Shown here: piece by piece, positions 30,004 to 40,387 of the stretch
Numbering within the stretch: position 1 is the stretch's first letter
Layout of the letters: each line of letters begins with the position of its first letter
Origin: an uncultured delta proteobacterium
GTDB lineage: Bacteria > Myxococcota_A > Polyangia > Fen-1088
Direction: 5' to 3'
DNA: 64,000 nt
Assembly (NCBI GenBank): GCA_963767925.1
Contig: CAVYGB010000010.1
Coordinates: 1,152,001 to 1,216,000, forward strand
Notes under the pieces: generated by a model
Database searches by the model: none
The model's input: only the letters and a program-made list of their open reading frames with translations
Told to the model about the DNA's origin: nothing
Position numbers and translations under genes: made by a program

Positions 30004-32363
30004 TCAGGGTTCGCCGCGCAGGTGGGGGGGCAAGAGGGGGGAAGGCTTGCCGGTGTAGGTGATCCAGAGCTGGTGGGCGCCGCGGGTCATCGCCACGTGC
30101 AACATGCGGCGGGCGTGTTCGGTGTCGGGGTACGACTCCTCGTTGACGTCGACGAGGATGACGATGTCGAACTCCAGCCCCTTGGTCTGGCGCACGTCGG
30201 TGACGTCGATGCCCGGGCGGAAGCTGAAGTCCTGGGCCGCCACCAGGCGCACGTTGGGCACCTCCGCCGACGTCAGCGCGTCGAAATACAGGCGGGCCTG
30301 CTCCGGGTGTCGGGCGATCACCGCCACCGCCGCGTCTGGCTCGTCGCGCATCAGCTCCTTGAGCACCTGGGGCAGAAACTCGCTGGCCTCGCCCGAGGCG
30401 GCGAACCCGAACGACTCGACCGGGGCGCCGTTGCGGGGCGCGACCGGCCGCACGTCGCCCATCAGCGGCCCCAGCACGTGCTGCGCCACCTCGACGATCT
30501 CGCGGGTCGACCGATAGCTGACGCGCAGGGGCTCGACCCGGTCGTGGGCGATACCGAGGTGGTCGAGCATCTCCGACCAGGTGGTGAAGCCGTGGTCGGG
30601 GGCGATCGCCTGGGCGGTGTCGCCGGCCAGGGTGATCGATCGCTCCTTGGTGGTGCTGTCGAGCAGGACGGCCAGCTCGACCGGGGCGAAGTCCTGCACC
30701 TCGTCGACCATGAGGTGCTCGTAGGTGAGCGGGCCCTTGGCGGTCTGCAAAGGGCCGCGCTGCATCTGGTAGATGCGCAGCAGGAGGGCGTCGTCCTCGA
30801 CGTCGAGGGCGTAGCGCTCGCCGTCGTCGTCCCGGGGGCCGCCCTCGCGCAGGCGCTCGCGCTCGCCGCACTAGCGGGCCAGCTCGTCGATCTGCCCGGG
30901 CGAAAACAGGCCGGAGGCGTGGCGCTCGAACCCCTGGGCCAGCGCCGCCCGGTCGGTGAGCAGCGCGGCCCACTCGCCCAGCACGTCGCGGGTGCGCCGG
31001 CGCAGACGGGTCCCCGTCCCCTCGACGGTCGCGCGCACGGTGGCGCCGAGCGGGGCGTCCTTCACCCAGCGGGCGAACTGGGTCACCCGCAGGTCGACCG
31101 GGCCCACGCTGGCGTCCCAGGCCGCCAGCACCGTCTCGGCCTCGGGCTGGCCGCTCAGCGCCTGCTCGATCTCCCGGCGGCAGAAGGCGGCCAGGTCGGC
31201 CTGACGGTCGCCGATGATGGCGAGCATCGCCCCGTGCGACTTGGCCCGCACCACCACCGAGGGGGTGGAGTCGGTCGTCTCGTACGTTGTCGAGCTGGGG
31301 GAAGACCGCCCGGCGCACCTGCTCGGCCCAGGAGGCGAAGGTGACGACCGAGACGCCCGCCACGTCGAGCGAGGGCAACACGCGCGACACGTAGGTGGCC
31401 AGGGCCCGCTGGTACACGACCACCAGCATCCGCTCGGGCCGGAAGCGGCGGGAGTCGGCGAAGGCCAGGTAGGCGATCCGGTGCAGCCCGATGGTGGTCT
31501 TGCCGCTGCCGGCCGAGCCCTGCACGATGATCAGCCCCGAGGTGGGCCGGGTGATCAGCTCGAACTGGCGGGGGTCGATGAGGGCGGCGATGGCGGGCAG
31601 GAAGCGATCGACCCGGGTCTGGCCGGCGTCGAGGCCCAGCCGGCCCCGGGCCGCCGCCGACCGGCCCAGCCCGCCGACCGCGGCCGCCGGCTGATCGCCG
31701 TCGACCGTGACCTGGCCGTCGCGCGCCACCGACAGGCGGGCCTGCCGCACGTTGACCTCGCCGCCAGGCGCCGGTGCGCAGATCGCGGCCGAAGGTCGCC
31801 TCCCGGGAGGTCACCCGTCGCAGCTCCGCGTCCACGATGGCCACCGTGCGCCGCACCTGCACCTCGCCCTCGACCACCCGGTCGCCGAGCTGCTCCTCGT
31901 AGGCGTCGCCCTCCTCGTAGCGATAGAACAGGCGGGAGACGGGGGCGTTGCGCCAGTCGACGATCTGCACGCCGCCGCCGGGCTCGACGTAGCCGCGCTG
32001 GCCGACCAGGACGTCGCGCCGGCGGCCCCCCTCGCTCAGGCGCATATGCCCGAAGTAGGGGCTCTTGCGGTCGATGGGCGGGCTCTCGCCCTTGCCGCGC
32101 TGGCGGGCCAGGGCCTCGATCCGATGCATCTGCTCGAGCAGCGAGCCGTGGTCCTCGGGCTTGGCCTCGGCCAGGGCGTCGCGCAGCTCTATCATCGCGC
32201 CCGCGTCGTCGACGGCGATCTTGGCGCGCTTCTGAGATGAATCAATCTTCTTGAGGACCACCCGCAAGAGGGCGAGCTCTTCCGCCACCACGGGCGGGGC
32301 CTCCCCCTCGTCGGCGGCTCCTCCCCGCTCCTCGTCGGGCGAACGTTCGACTTCCTGCACCAC
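30004..32363 (-). pseudogene. helD: HelD-like (RNA polymerase recycling) SF1 helicase, interrupted by 2 frameshifts and 1 in-frame stop
   Basis: SPYFGHM, IVDWRNAP, QGSAGSGKTTIGLHRIAYL, MVDEVQD, SYRST, KGLEFD, VAMTRG; frameshifts ~31762 and ~31282; TAG at 30871-30873. Confidence 0.75.
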
Positions 32364-32441
32364 GGAAAGGCGTTACTTTACACCAACGTTTTCACAACTC
32401 CCAGGAGTCCCCCGGCAAAACCGTGCCGGTTCCGGAGGGGG

Positions 32442-34898
32442 TCACAAGGTGGGGGCCGGCGCGGCGGGACGGCGGCCGGGGCGCAGGCGGCGGGCCGTGG
32501 CATGCAAGAGCTGCGGCAGGGTGCGGCCGGCTTCCTCCAGCCACTGGCGGGCCCGCACCACCCCGGCGTCGCGGTCGGCCATCGTCAACATCGAGAAGGC
32601 CGCCTCCCGGACCAGCTTGCGGCAGAAGCTGTACGTGCTGCTGACCTGGCTGCCCCGGCTCAGGAAGTGGTTGGCCACCAGGGCCTCGAGCGTGTTGCCG
32701 AGGGCGACCCGCCCCTTCAGCCCCAGCAGGGCCAGCACCGCCTCGAAGTCGAAGGAGTCGCCGCACAGGCTGGCCGCGCGCAGGACGCGCCGGGCTTCCG
32801 GATCGAGGCGAACCAGGCGCGTCTCCACCACGCCGAGGACGGCGTCGGGCGCCAGCAGGGCCCCGTCGCGGAAGGAGGAGGCCAGCTCCATGAGGAAGAA
32901 GGGGTTGCCCTCCCAGCGGTCGAAGACGTACTCCTCGGCCTCCGGCGAGACCCGGCCGGCGAAGCTGCGCAGCAGCTCCTGGCCGGTCGAGCGGGCCAGC
33001 GGCGGCAGGCTGAGCCGCTCGAGCTTGCTCTCGCGCCAGATCTCCTCCAGCTCGCGCTCGAGATCGGGGCGGGCGAAGCTGACCATGAGGATGGGGCGGC
33101 GGGGCAGCTCGCGCTGGGCCGCGGCCAGCAGCTCGAGGCTGGCCCGATCGGCCCACTGCAGGTCGTCGCACACGAACACGACCGGGTGGCGGGCAGGATG
33201 GGAGGAGAGCCACTCGGTGAGGGCGGCGGCGCCCGAGCCGGGGGTGGGGGTGACGAGCTTGCCGCCGGGAGGCGACAGCGGCAGGATCGGCCGCAGCAGC
33301 GCGCCGGGGACGTCGGTCTGGGACCGGCGCCCGCGCAAGAAATACACCGACCCCTTGCCGCGGCTGCGCACCTCGGCCACGAAGGCCCGGGCCAGGCGCG
33401 TCTTGCCCATGCCGGGCTCGGCCAGGCACAACACGCTGCGGGCCGAGCGGGCCGAGGCGCACTTGGCCAGCGCCTGCTCGAGAAAACCGAGCTCGTATTC
33501 GCGGCCGAGCAGGGCGGCCTGGTGCTCGGCGGGGGCCAGCTCGCTCATCTCGCCGGACTCGTCGAGGCGCAGCCAGGTGGGGGACAGCGGGGTGGTGGCC
33601 TCTCGCACCACCTGGGACGGGGGGAGCAGGCGGGCCACATTTTCGTGCAGGCGCACCCGCCCGAGCTCGGTGGTCCCCAGCGCCAGCAGGCGATCGACGA
33701 GCCCGCCGGCCGGTGTGCGGCCGGTCAGCGAGAGGTGGCCCAGGGCCATGCCCACGCAGCTCTGCGGCAGCTCGGCCAGCACGCGCACGGCCACCCGGAC
33801 CACGTCGGCGAGCTGATCGAGGGCCAGCGCGGGCGCGGCGGGCGTCAGCAGATAAGACCCGCCGGGCAGGCGCAGGCTGGAGAAGGACTCCCGCTCGGCC
33901 AGCTCCGACAGGGCGGTCTCCTCGGCGGGAGCCAGGCGCGGCCCGCCCACCCCCTGGCCGGCGACGAGCAGCCCGCAGGTCACGCGCTGCTCGGCGACGG
34001 TGAGGGCGGCCGGCGGCCGGGCGTCGTCGGGTGGCGCCGAGGCGGCCTCGTCGGCGGCGCCGAGGCGGGCGGCGATCTCGCGCAGGTGGTTGGCCAGATC
34101 GGCGGCGTTCTCCGGGCGCCGATCGCGGTCCTGCACCAGCATGCGATCGATGACCGCCCCCAGCTCCGGATCGAGCCCCGGACAGTGCTCCCAGACCCGG
34201 GGGACCGGGGTCAGGCAGACGTTGGTGAGCACCTCCTGCGGGTCCTTGCCGGAAAACGGGGTGCGGCCGGTCAGGCACTCGAACAGCACCGCGCCCACCG
34301 AGAAGATGTCGGCCCGCCCGTCGATGTCGACCTCGCCCCGCGCCTGCTCGGGCGCGGAGTAGTGGGGGGTCCCCACGGTGGAGCCCCGGCGGGTCAGCTC
34401 ACGGGCGCCCACCACCCGGCGCGCCACCCCGAAGTCGATGATGCGCACGTCGAACAGCCGCCAGCCGACAAGGAACACGTTGCTCGGCTTGATGTCCCGG
34501 TGGACCACCCCCCGGTCGTGGGCGGCGGCCAGCGCGTCGAGCACGCGCGCGCCGAGGTGGGCCACCCCGGCGGCGGGCAGCCGGCCGCGGGCCAGCCGCT
34601 GCTCGAGGGTCTCGCCCTCCAGCCACTCCATCGCGATGTAGGGATCCCCGTGGCTGGTGAGCCCGTGGGCGACGTAGCGGACGATGCCGGGGTGCCGGAG
34701 CTCTTGCAGCAGGGTCGCCTCCTCGCCGAAGCGGCCCACGTCGGACACGCTCTTGACGTTGAGGATCTTGACCGCGACGCTGCCCCCGGTCTGTTGATCG
34801 ATGGCCTGATAAACGATCCCCATCCCGCCCGCGCCGGCCTGAGCCTTCAGCTCGAAGCGGTCGGTGAGACCCATCCGCGGTACGGCGCGTTTCGCCAT
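32442..34898 (-). CDS. Ser/Thr protein kinase fused to an AAA/STAND-type ATPase
   Basis: GAGGMGIVY, HRDIKPSN, DFGVA, GTPHYSAPEQ; Walker A AEPGMGKT; Walker B VCDDLQWAD; EGNPFFLME. Confidence 0.9.
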   Translation of the reverse strand: MAKRAVPRMGLTDRFELKAQAGAGGMGIVYQAIDQQTGGSVAVKILNVKSVSDVGRFGEEATLLQELRHPGIVRYVAHGLTSHGDPYIAMEWLEGETLEQRLARGRLPAAGVAHLGARVLDALAAAHDRGVVHRDIKPSNVFLVGWRLFDVRIIDFGVARRVVGARELTRRGSTVGTPHYSAPEQARGEVDIDGRADIFSVGAVLFECLTGRTPFSGKDPQEVLTNVCLTPVPRVWEHCPGLDPELGAVIDRMLVQDRDRRPENAADLANHLREIAARLGAADEAASAPPDDARPPAALTVAEQRVTCGLLVAGQGVGGPRLAPAEETALSELAERESFSSLRLPGGSYLLTPAAPALALDQLADVVRVAVRVLAELPQSCVGMALGHLSLTGRTPAGGLVDRLLALGTTELGRVRLHENVARLLPPSQVVREATTPLSPTWLRLDESGEMSELAPAEHQAALLGREYELGFLEQALAKCASARSARSVLCLAEPGMGKTRLARAFVAEVRSRGKGSVYFLRGRRSQTDVPGALLRPILPLSPPGGKLVTPTPGSGAAALTEWLSSHPARHPVVFVCDDLQWADRASLELLAAAQRELPRRPILMVSFARPDLERELEEIWRESKLERLSLPPLARSTGQELLRSFAGRVSPEAEEYVFDRWEGNPFFLMELASSFRDGALLAPDAVLGVVETRLVRLDPEARRVLRAASLCGDSFDFEAVLALLGLKGRVALGNTLEALVANHFLSRGSQVSSTYSFCRKLVREAAFSMLTMADRDAGVVRARQWLEEAGRTLPQLLHATARRLRPGRRPAAPAPTL

Positions 34899-34981
34899 GG
34901 GACCGATGGATCGGCACCTAGCGGGGAACCTTTAAGGCTCCGCCGGGGAGCGCGGCGGGACGGGGGCAGATCAGGCTCGGT

Positions 34982-35917
34982 TCAGGGTTCGGCCTGGAAG
35001 AAGCGGATGGTGGGGCCCAGCGTGATCTCGAGGGGGCCCGGGCTGCGGTACAGGTCTCCGTCGATGGTGTAGATGCTCTCGCCCGCGTCGGGCTCGATGC
35101 GCATCGACGAGGCGAGCTCGCTGCGCGCCCGGGCGGGCGCGATGCCCCGGCCGCGGTGGACGGCCACCAGATCGCGGCTCAGCGACAGGGGCCCGGCGTG
35201 GATGGCGAGCACGCTGAAGCGATCGGCATGTTCGTCGGCCCGGTGGTTGAGCTTGAACCCCAGGCCCACCTCGCGCACGGTCGCCGCCCCGATGCCGGTG
35301 AAGCGGCGGTCCTGCAGCACGGCGCCGTCCACCGACACCGTCCCCTCGAACCGCCGGAAGATGTGGCTGGCGTAGGGCCCGCGCACCAGCGCCGAGGAGA
35401 AGGTGCGAAACAGCAGCCACATCGCCCGGCTGGGGCCGTAGTCGTCGGCCGCGTAATACTCCTCGAGGAAGTTGGCCATCAGCCCGTTGCCGAACACGAA
35501 CCCGTAGGTGTCGCCGATGCGCAGGCAGCGCCGGGACAAGGTGTGCAGGTCGGCCCGGGCGCGCACCGCCTCGCCCAGCTTGGCGGCGATGGCCTCGGGC
35601 CGGCCGAGGAGCTGCAGCGAGCTGGCAACCACGTTCATGGTCCCGCCCGGCAAGATGGCGATGGGCGGCAGGGGGCCGCCGCCCGAAGCGCGCAGGAGGG
35701 CCGAGACGCTCTTGTGCAGGGTCCCATCGCCCCCGTGGATGGCGATGGCGGCCGGCGGGGTCTTCGCCAGCTCGGCGGCGGCGTCGGCCAGCTCGGCCAG
35801 GCTGCCGGCGGCGATCACGCGGCCGTTGTTCCCCAGCGCCCCGCCCAGTCGCTTGACCATGCTCGGGTCGCGGCGGTTTGCACGCGAGTGGGGATTGAGC
35901 ACCAGGACGACCGACAA
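34982..35917 (-). CDS. Diacylglycerol/sphingosine kinase family lipid kinase
   Basis: LNPHS, GGDGT, LPGGTMNVVA, YTIDGD. Confidence 0.9.
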   Translation of the reverse strand: MSVVLVLNPHSRANRRDPSMVKRLGGALGNNGRVIAAGSLAELADAAAELAKTPPAAIAIHGGDGTLHKSVSALLRASGGGPLPPIAILPGGTMNVVASSLQLLGRPEAIAAKLGEAVRARADLHTLSRRCLRIGDTYGFVFGNGLMANFLEEYYAADDYGPSRAMWLLFRTFSSALVRGPYASHIFRRFEGTVSVDGAVLQDRRFTGIGAATVREVGLGFKLNHRADEHADRFSVLAIHAGPLSLSRDLVAVHRGRGIAPARARSELASSMRIEPDAGESIYTIDGDLYRSPGPLEITLGPTIRFFQAEP

Positions 35918-35999
35918 GCGCCAGCGACTTTAGCACCCTTCCCCGGTCGCGCGGGGCAACCACCCTCGGTTCGCGCTGGGGGTGGGAGGGGGCGGCCGG

Positions 36000-37091
36000 C
36001 TACCAGCTCGACCCGGCGCCGCCGCCGCCGGAGCGGCCGCCGCCGAAGGAGCCCCCGCTCGACGAGCCACCCCGGCCGGGGCCCGAGCTGGAGGACCGGG
36101 TCAGCCGGGAGGTGTGGCGCACGACCTGGCGGTGGTGGGGGCAGTGCCGGCAGGTCTCGGTCACCCGGACCTGGCCGCCGTGGTCGTAGGTCGCCGGGAT
36201 CAGCGTCTCGGACCGGGTCTGCCGGGCGCGGTAGTGGCAGGACGGGCAGCGGGTGAAGCCCGAGAACCAGCGCTTGCGGGCCACCGCGTGGCTGGCCTGG
36301 CACTGCCGGCAGATGTACACCCGGTGGTCGACCGAGCCGATGCGCTCCTCGGTCCGCTGGCCGGCGTCGAGGTGGGCGTCGTCCTCGACCTCGTCGAGCA
36401 GGCGCATCTCGATCTGGCAGGTGCGGCAGGTGCGCGCGCGCCGGCGGGCGGCGCGCAGGAGCAGGGGCAAGCCTACCCCCAGCAAGCCCAGGCCAGCCGC
36501 CCCACCGAAGAGGAGGTTGCGTTTGGCCCGCGGGGCGGACAGCAGAGCCTGCGCGCCCCCTGGCGCCGCCTCCCCGGCCCCCGGCCCGGTCGGCCCGCCC
36601 CGGCCCGAGCGGGCCTCGGCGGCGTTGGCCCGCAGCCGCTCGTCGAGGCGGGCCAGACCACTCTCGAGGCCGGTGGCGTAGTCGCCGGCGCGGAAGGCGG
36701 GGACCATGGCCTCGGCCTGCATCGCCGAGAGCCAGCCGTCGGGGACGATCGGCTCGAGGCCGTAGCCGGTCTCCATCTCCAGGCGGCGCTGGTCGAGCAC
36801 CAGCAGCACCAGCAGGCCGTTGTCCGCCCCGGCCTTGCCGATGCGCCAGCGCTCGAACAGCCGGGTAGCGAACTCCTTGGGAGGCAGGTCGATGCCGGTC
36901 ACCGTGACCAGCGCTATCTCGACGCCGAGATCGCGCTCGACGGCGTCGAGGCGGTGATCGATCCGGGCCTCGGTGGCGGGCGGCAGCAGGTTGGCCGTGT
37001 CGCTGACCCAGCTCCCCGCCGGCCGGGGGTTGGGTACGCCCTCGACGCCGAGGGCCGCGAGCAGCAGCAGGACCAGGGGAGGCGCTGTCAT
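36000..37091 (-). CDS. TPM domain protein with TM helix, four CxxC motifs and Gly-rich tail
   Basis: VSDTANLL, WRIGKAGADNGLL, ETGYGLE, FRAGDY; SFGGGRSGGGGAGSSW. Confidence 0.85.
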   Translation of the reverse strand: MTAPPLVLLLLAALGVEGVPNPRPAGSWVSDTANLLPPATEARIDHRLDAVERDLGVEIALVTVTGIDLPPKEFATRLFERWRIGKAGADNGLLVLLVLDQRRLEMETGYGLEPIVPDGWLSAMQAEAMVPAFRAGDYATGLESGLARLDERLRANAAEARSGRGGPTGPGAGEAAPGGAQALLSAPRAKRNLLFGGAAGLGLLGVGLPLLLRAARRRARTCRTCQIEMRLLDEVEDDAHLDAGQRTEERIGSVDHRVYICRQCQASHAVARKRWFSGFTRCPSCHYRARQTRSETLIPATYDHGGQVRVTETCRHCPHHRQVVRHTSRLTRSSSSGPGRGGSSSGGSFGGGRSGGGGAGSSW

Positions 37092-37268
37092 CGGTGGATC
37101 ATCTTACGCCAGGCCCGCCGCAGGCGGCGGCGGAGGTCCGGAAACGGTAACCGGTAGGTTCGCCCTGCGTAACATCTGCGGCCCCGACGCGGCGGAGATC
37201 CAGGGGTATTGAACGTTTTTCAGTTGGCGCGGCCCTTGTACACAGGTCCGCGGACAAGGAGGCTTTTC

Positions 37269-37592
37269 ATGAACCAACCTACTTCCAAGCGTGTGTGGAG
37301 TCCCAAGAGCGCCCTGGCCATGTTTGCCCTCGCCCTGGCGGCCGGGCTGTGGACGCCGAGCTGTGGCGAGGCCGACAAGCTGTTCGACTGTCAGAGCGTC
37401 TGTAGCCGCTACCAGAGCTGCTTCAACAGCGGGTACGACGTGGCGAGCTGCCGCTCGAAGTGCAAGGACAGCGCCGACCGGGACATGGACTTCCAGCGCA
37501 AGGCGGACGACTGCGAGGCCTGCATCGACGATCGGTCGTGCAGCTCGGCCACCTTCGCCTGCACCGCTCGCTGCGCCGGCATCGTCCCCTAA
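37269..37592 (+). CDS. Small Cys-rich lipoprotein
   Basis: AAGGAGG RBS; signal ending TPSC; CxxxCxxxxxC repeats. Confidence 0.65.
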   Translation: MNQPTSKRVWSPKSALAMFALALAAGLWTPSCGEADKLFDCQSVCSRYQSCFNSGYDVASCRSKCKDSADRDMDFQRKADDCEACIDDRSCSSATFACTARCAGIVP

Positions 37593-37718
37593 CCCCTTCG
37601 GCTCAGCGCGACTGGAGACCGCCTACACGGCCGACCTGCCCCGTCTGCGGCCGTGTAGGCATTCACTCAGGTTTTGACGGGAGGCTTCCGATGTGAGGTG
37701 AGACCAACTGGTCCCGCC

Positions 37719-39608
37719 ATGGCAAACGACCCATCGGAGACCGCCCCCCGAGATCCCGACCGCTTCGCCGCCGTGCGCGGCTCGATCGGGGATCGGCCGG
37801 TGGCCCGCCTGCTCTACGATCTTTTCCGCAAGGGCGTGACCGGCTGTCTCACCGTCATCGACGACTCGGCCGACGAGAGCCGCCTCTACCTGCGCGACGG
37901 CGCGCCGGTCCACCTCGAGCGGCCCAACGACATCGATCGGCTCGACCAGGTGTTGATCGAGGCCGGCCTGGTGGCGCCCGAAATGCTGCGCGGCCTCTCG
38001 GCCACCTTGCCCCCCGGCCGGCGGCTCGGCGAGACCCTGGTGGAACGGGGCCTCATCTCGGCGCGCGCGCTGGCCGACGTGCTCAAGCTGCAGGTCCGCC
38101 GCAAGCTGCTGCGCCTGTTTTTCCCGCGCAAGGGGGAGTTCGCCGTGTACCTCGAGCCCCACCCCTTCGGCACCGGCGGTGAATACGGCGAGATGCGCAT
38201 CGATCCACGCTGCCTGATCTATCCGGGCATCCGCGCGGCCTACGACGAGCAGCGGCTGGAGGCCGAGCTGGCTCCGCTGCGCACGCTCCGCTTTCGCCTG
38301 CTGCCCACCCTCGCCTCGTCGATGCTCGAGGCGATGGGCTTCCCCGCCCACGACGCGACCCTGAAGGCCATCGCCGATCGGGCGATGTCGCTGGCCGAGC
38401 TGCCGGCGCCGGGCGCCATGCGGGTCGACTCGATGTCGGTGGTGATGGCCCTCCTCTACACCGACCTGCTGGAGACCGTACCCATCGTCGAGCACCGCCC
38501 CTCCGAGGCGGCCGCCCGGCCCGCGCCCCACTCCCCCGCCCCCGCGCCCCAGCCCGCGCCGGTCGAGGCGGCCCGCCCCGCTGCCCCGCCCCCCGCCAGC
38601 CGCGAGCCGGCCCGGCCGACCGAGTCCTCGCCCCGCACAACCGGCACCCACGCGGTTGTCAACCCGGCCACCAGCTCGAGCAGCCATCCGGCCGCGGGCG
38701 GCGCGCCCCCCCGGCCCGCGGGCCGCAGCACCGGCACGTACACCATCGCCGCCGGGATCCCGGTCCCCCCCGCCGCGGCCGCCGCGGCCGCCGAGTGGAA
38801 CCGGCCGCCCTCCAGCACCACGAACAACGCCACCCTGGGCGCGCGCATCACCGACCTCTTCGAGAAGCTCGGCACGGTCTCGCACTTCCAGCTCCTCGGG
38901 ATCCCCGAAAACGCCGCCCTGGCCGAGCTGGGCGCGGCCTACCTGCGCAACGTGCGCCTCTACCACCCGGACCGCCTGCCCGGCCTCGGGCTCGGCCACC
39001 TCACCGAGAAGGCCGCCCGCGTCGTCGCCCAGCTCAACGAGGCCCAGGCGGTCCTGGCCGACCCCAAGCGCCGGGCGGAATACCTGGCGGTCCGGGCCCG
39101 CCCCGCCAACTCGCCGATCATCGACTCGGGGCAGAGCATCCTGGCCGCCGAGCGCAGCTTCCAGACCGGCGAAAGCCTGCTGCGCAAGGGCGACTTCCTC
39201 CGCGCCGCCGACGCCTTCGCCGAGGCGATGCGGGCCAATCCGCTCGAGCCGATCTACAAGGCCTACTGGGCCTGGGCGCGCTGGGACAACCCCGGCCCCC
39301 ACAAGGACCGCCTCGTGCGCGAGACCCTGAAGATCCTCGACGACACGATGAAGGAGCGCCCCAGGTTCCCGCAGGGACTCTACTGGATGGGCCTGCTGCA
39401 CAAGCACCTCGGCGACCTCAGCAACGCCGCCACCGCCTTCCGGGCCGCCGTGGGCCAGGACGCGAACCTGCTCGACGCCGAGCGCGAGCTGCGCGTGATC
39501 GACCTGCGCAAGAAGGCCACCGCCGCCCACGCCGTCCCGGAGAAGCCCGGCGCCGCCAGCGCCGCCCGTCAAAAGGGCGGCGGGTTCAACAAGTTCCTGA
39601 AGCGGTAA
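37719..39608 (+). CDS. DUF4388-like + DnaJ (J-domain) + TPR protein
   Basis: TGCLTV..SRLYLRDGAP, RRLGETLV; HFQLLGI...LYHPDR J-domain; C-terminal TPRs. Confidence 0.85.
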   Translation: MANDPSETAPRDPDRFAAVRGSIGDRPVARLLYDLFRKGVTGCLTVIDDSADESRLYLRDGAPVHLERPNDIDRLDQVLIEAGLVAPEMLRGLSATLPPGRRLGETLVERGLISARALADVLKLQVRRKLLRLFFPRKGEFAVYLEPHPFGTGGEYGEMRIDPRCLIYPGIRAAYDEQRLEAELAPLRTLRFRLLPTLASSMLEAMGFPAHDATLKAIADRAMSLAELPAPGAMRVDSMSVVMALLYTDLLETVPIVEHRPSEAAARPAPHSPAPAPQPAPVEAARPAAPPPASREPARPTESSPRTTGTHAVVNPATSSSSHPAAGGAPPRPAGRSTGTYTIAAGIPVPPAAAAAAAEWNRPPSSTTNNATLGARITDLFEKLGTVSHFQLLGIPENAALAELGAAYLRNVRLYHPDRLPGLGLGHLTEKAARVVAQLNEAQAVLADPKRRAEYLAVRARPANSPIIDSGQSILAAERSFQTGESLLRKGDFLRAADAFAEAMRANPLEPIYKAYWAWARWDNPGPHKDRLVRETLKILDDTMKERPRFPQGLYWMGLLHKHLGDLSNAATAFRAAVGQDANLLDAERELRVIDLRKKATAAHAVPEKPGAASAARQKGGGFNKFLKR

Positions 39609-39646
39609 GCAGACGGGGAAGAGGGGCGCTGCAGACAGCGCCAGGG

Positions 39647-39998
39647 CTATTCGTCGGCTTCAACTTCTTCGGCGCCGGCTGCTTCGCCCGCGCCGTTGCC
39701 GGCCTCGGCGCCCATCTTCGGGATACCAGCGCTCGAAGACCTCGTTGATCTGGCGGGCCTGCTTCTCGCTCGAGACGTTGAAGGAGGACTGCTTGCGGTA
39801 GGCGCCTTTCCACTTCTTGAAGCGGACGATGGAGATCTTGGGCGCCCGGAACTGGCCGTTGGCCTTGTTCAGCTCCTGGTAAAGAAACATCAGGGTGGCC
39901 CAGGTGCCCTTGGTGAGGACGACCTTGTCCAGCTCCTTGCGGACCAGCACGCCCTCGTCTTCGTAGTTGTACGTCAGTTCCTCGAGCGTCTCGGCCAT
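39647..39998 (-). CDS. Conserved hypothetical protein with probable single-base insertion near 39722
   Basis: LTYNYEDEGVLVRKELDKVVLTKGTWAT...QSSFNVSS; removing one C gives tail KMGAEAG...EADE* ending at 39647. Confidence 0.65.
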
Positions 39999-40012
39999 GG
40001 ATCCCTATCCCT

Positions 40013-40387
40013 CTAAAGCGTTGCTGGGTTCTGTCTGATGAGGTGACTCAAGAAGGTGCTGATGGCCCGGCGGTCGCTCATGGCGAGCCGGGTGAACTCG
40101 ATGCCCATGCCGGGGGCCTGCCCCTTGACCCGGCCGCGCGACACGCGCACGACCCGGCCGGTGGCCTTGATGACGGGCCCCCCGGGCAAGGGGATCTCCA
40201 GGTGCAGGACCTCGCCGATCTCGAACAGGAGGGCCGACCGCAGGAAGGCGCCCCCCTCCGAGACGTCGAGCGAGTCGAGCCGGATGCCCCCGGCGACGCG
40301 GCTGCCGGCGGCGCGCACCGAGACGGCGATCTCGGCGGGCCGGCGGTCGAACTTTCGTTGATCGCGCTGGCCGGGAGCCCGCTTCAC
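40013..40387 (-). CDS. PilZ domain protein
   Basis: QRKFDR (RxxxR) and DVSEGG motifs; GMGIEF. Confidence 0.88.
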   Translation of the reverse strand: MKRAPGQRDQRKFDRRPAEIAVSVRAAGSRVAGGIRLDSLDVSEGGAFLRSALLFEIGEVLHLEIPLPGGPVIKATGRVVRVSRGRVKGQAPGMGIEFTRLAMSDRRAISTFLSHLIRQNPATL

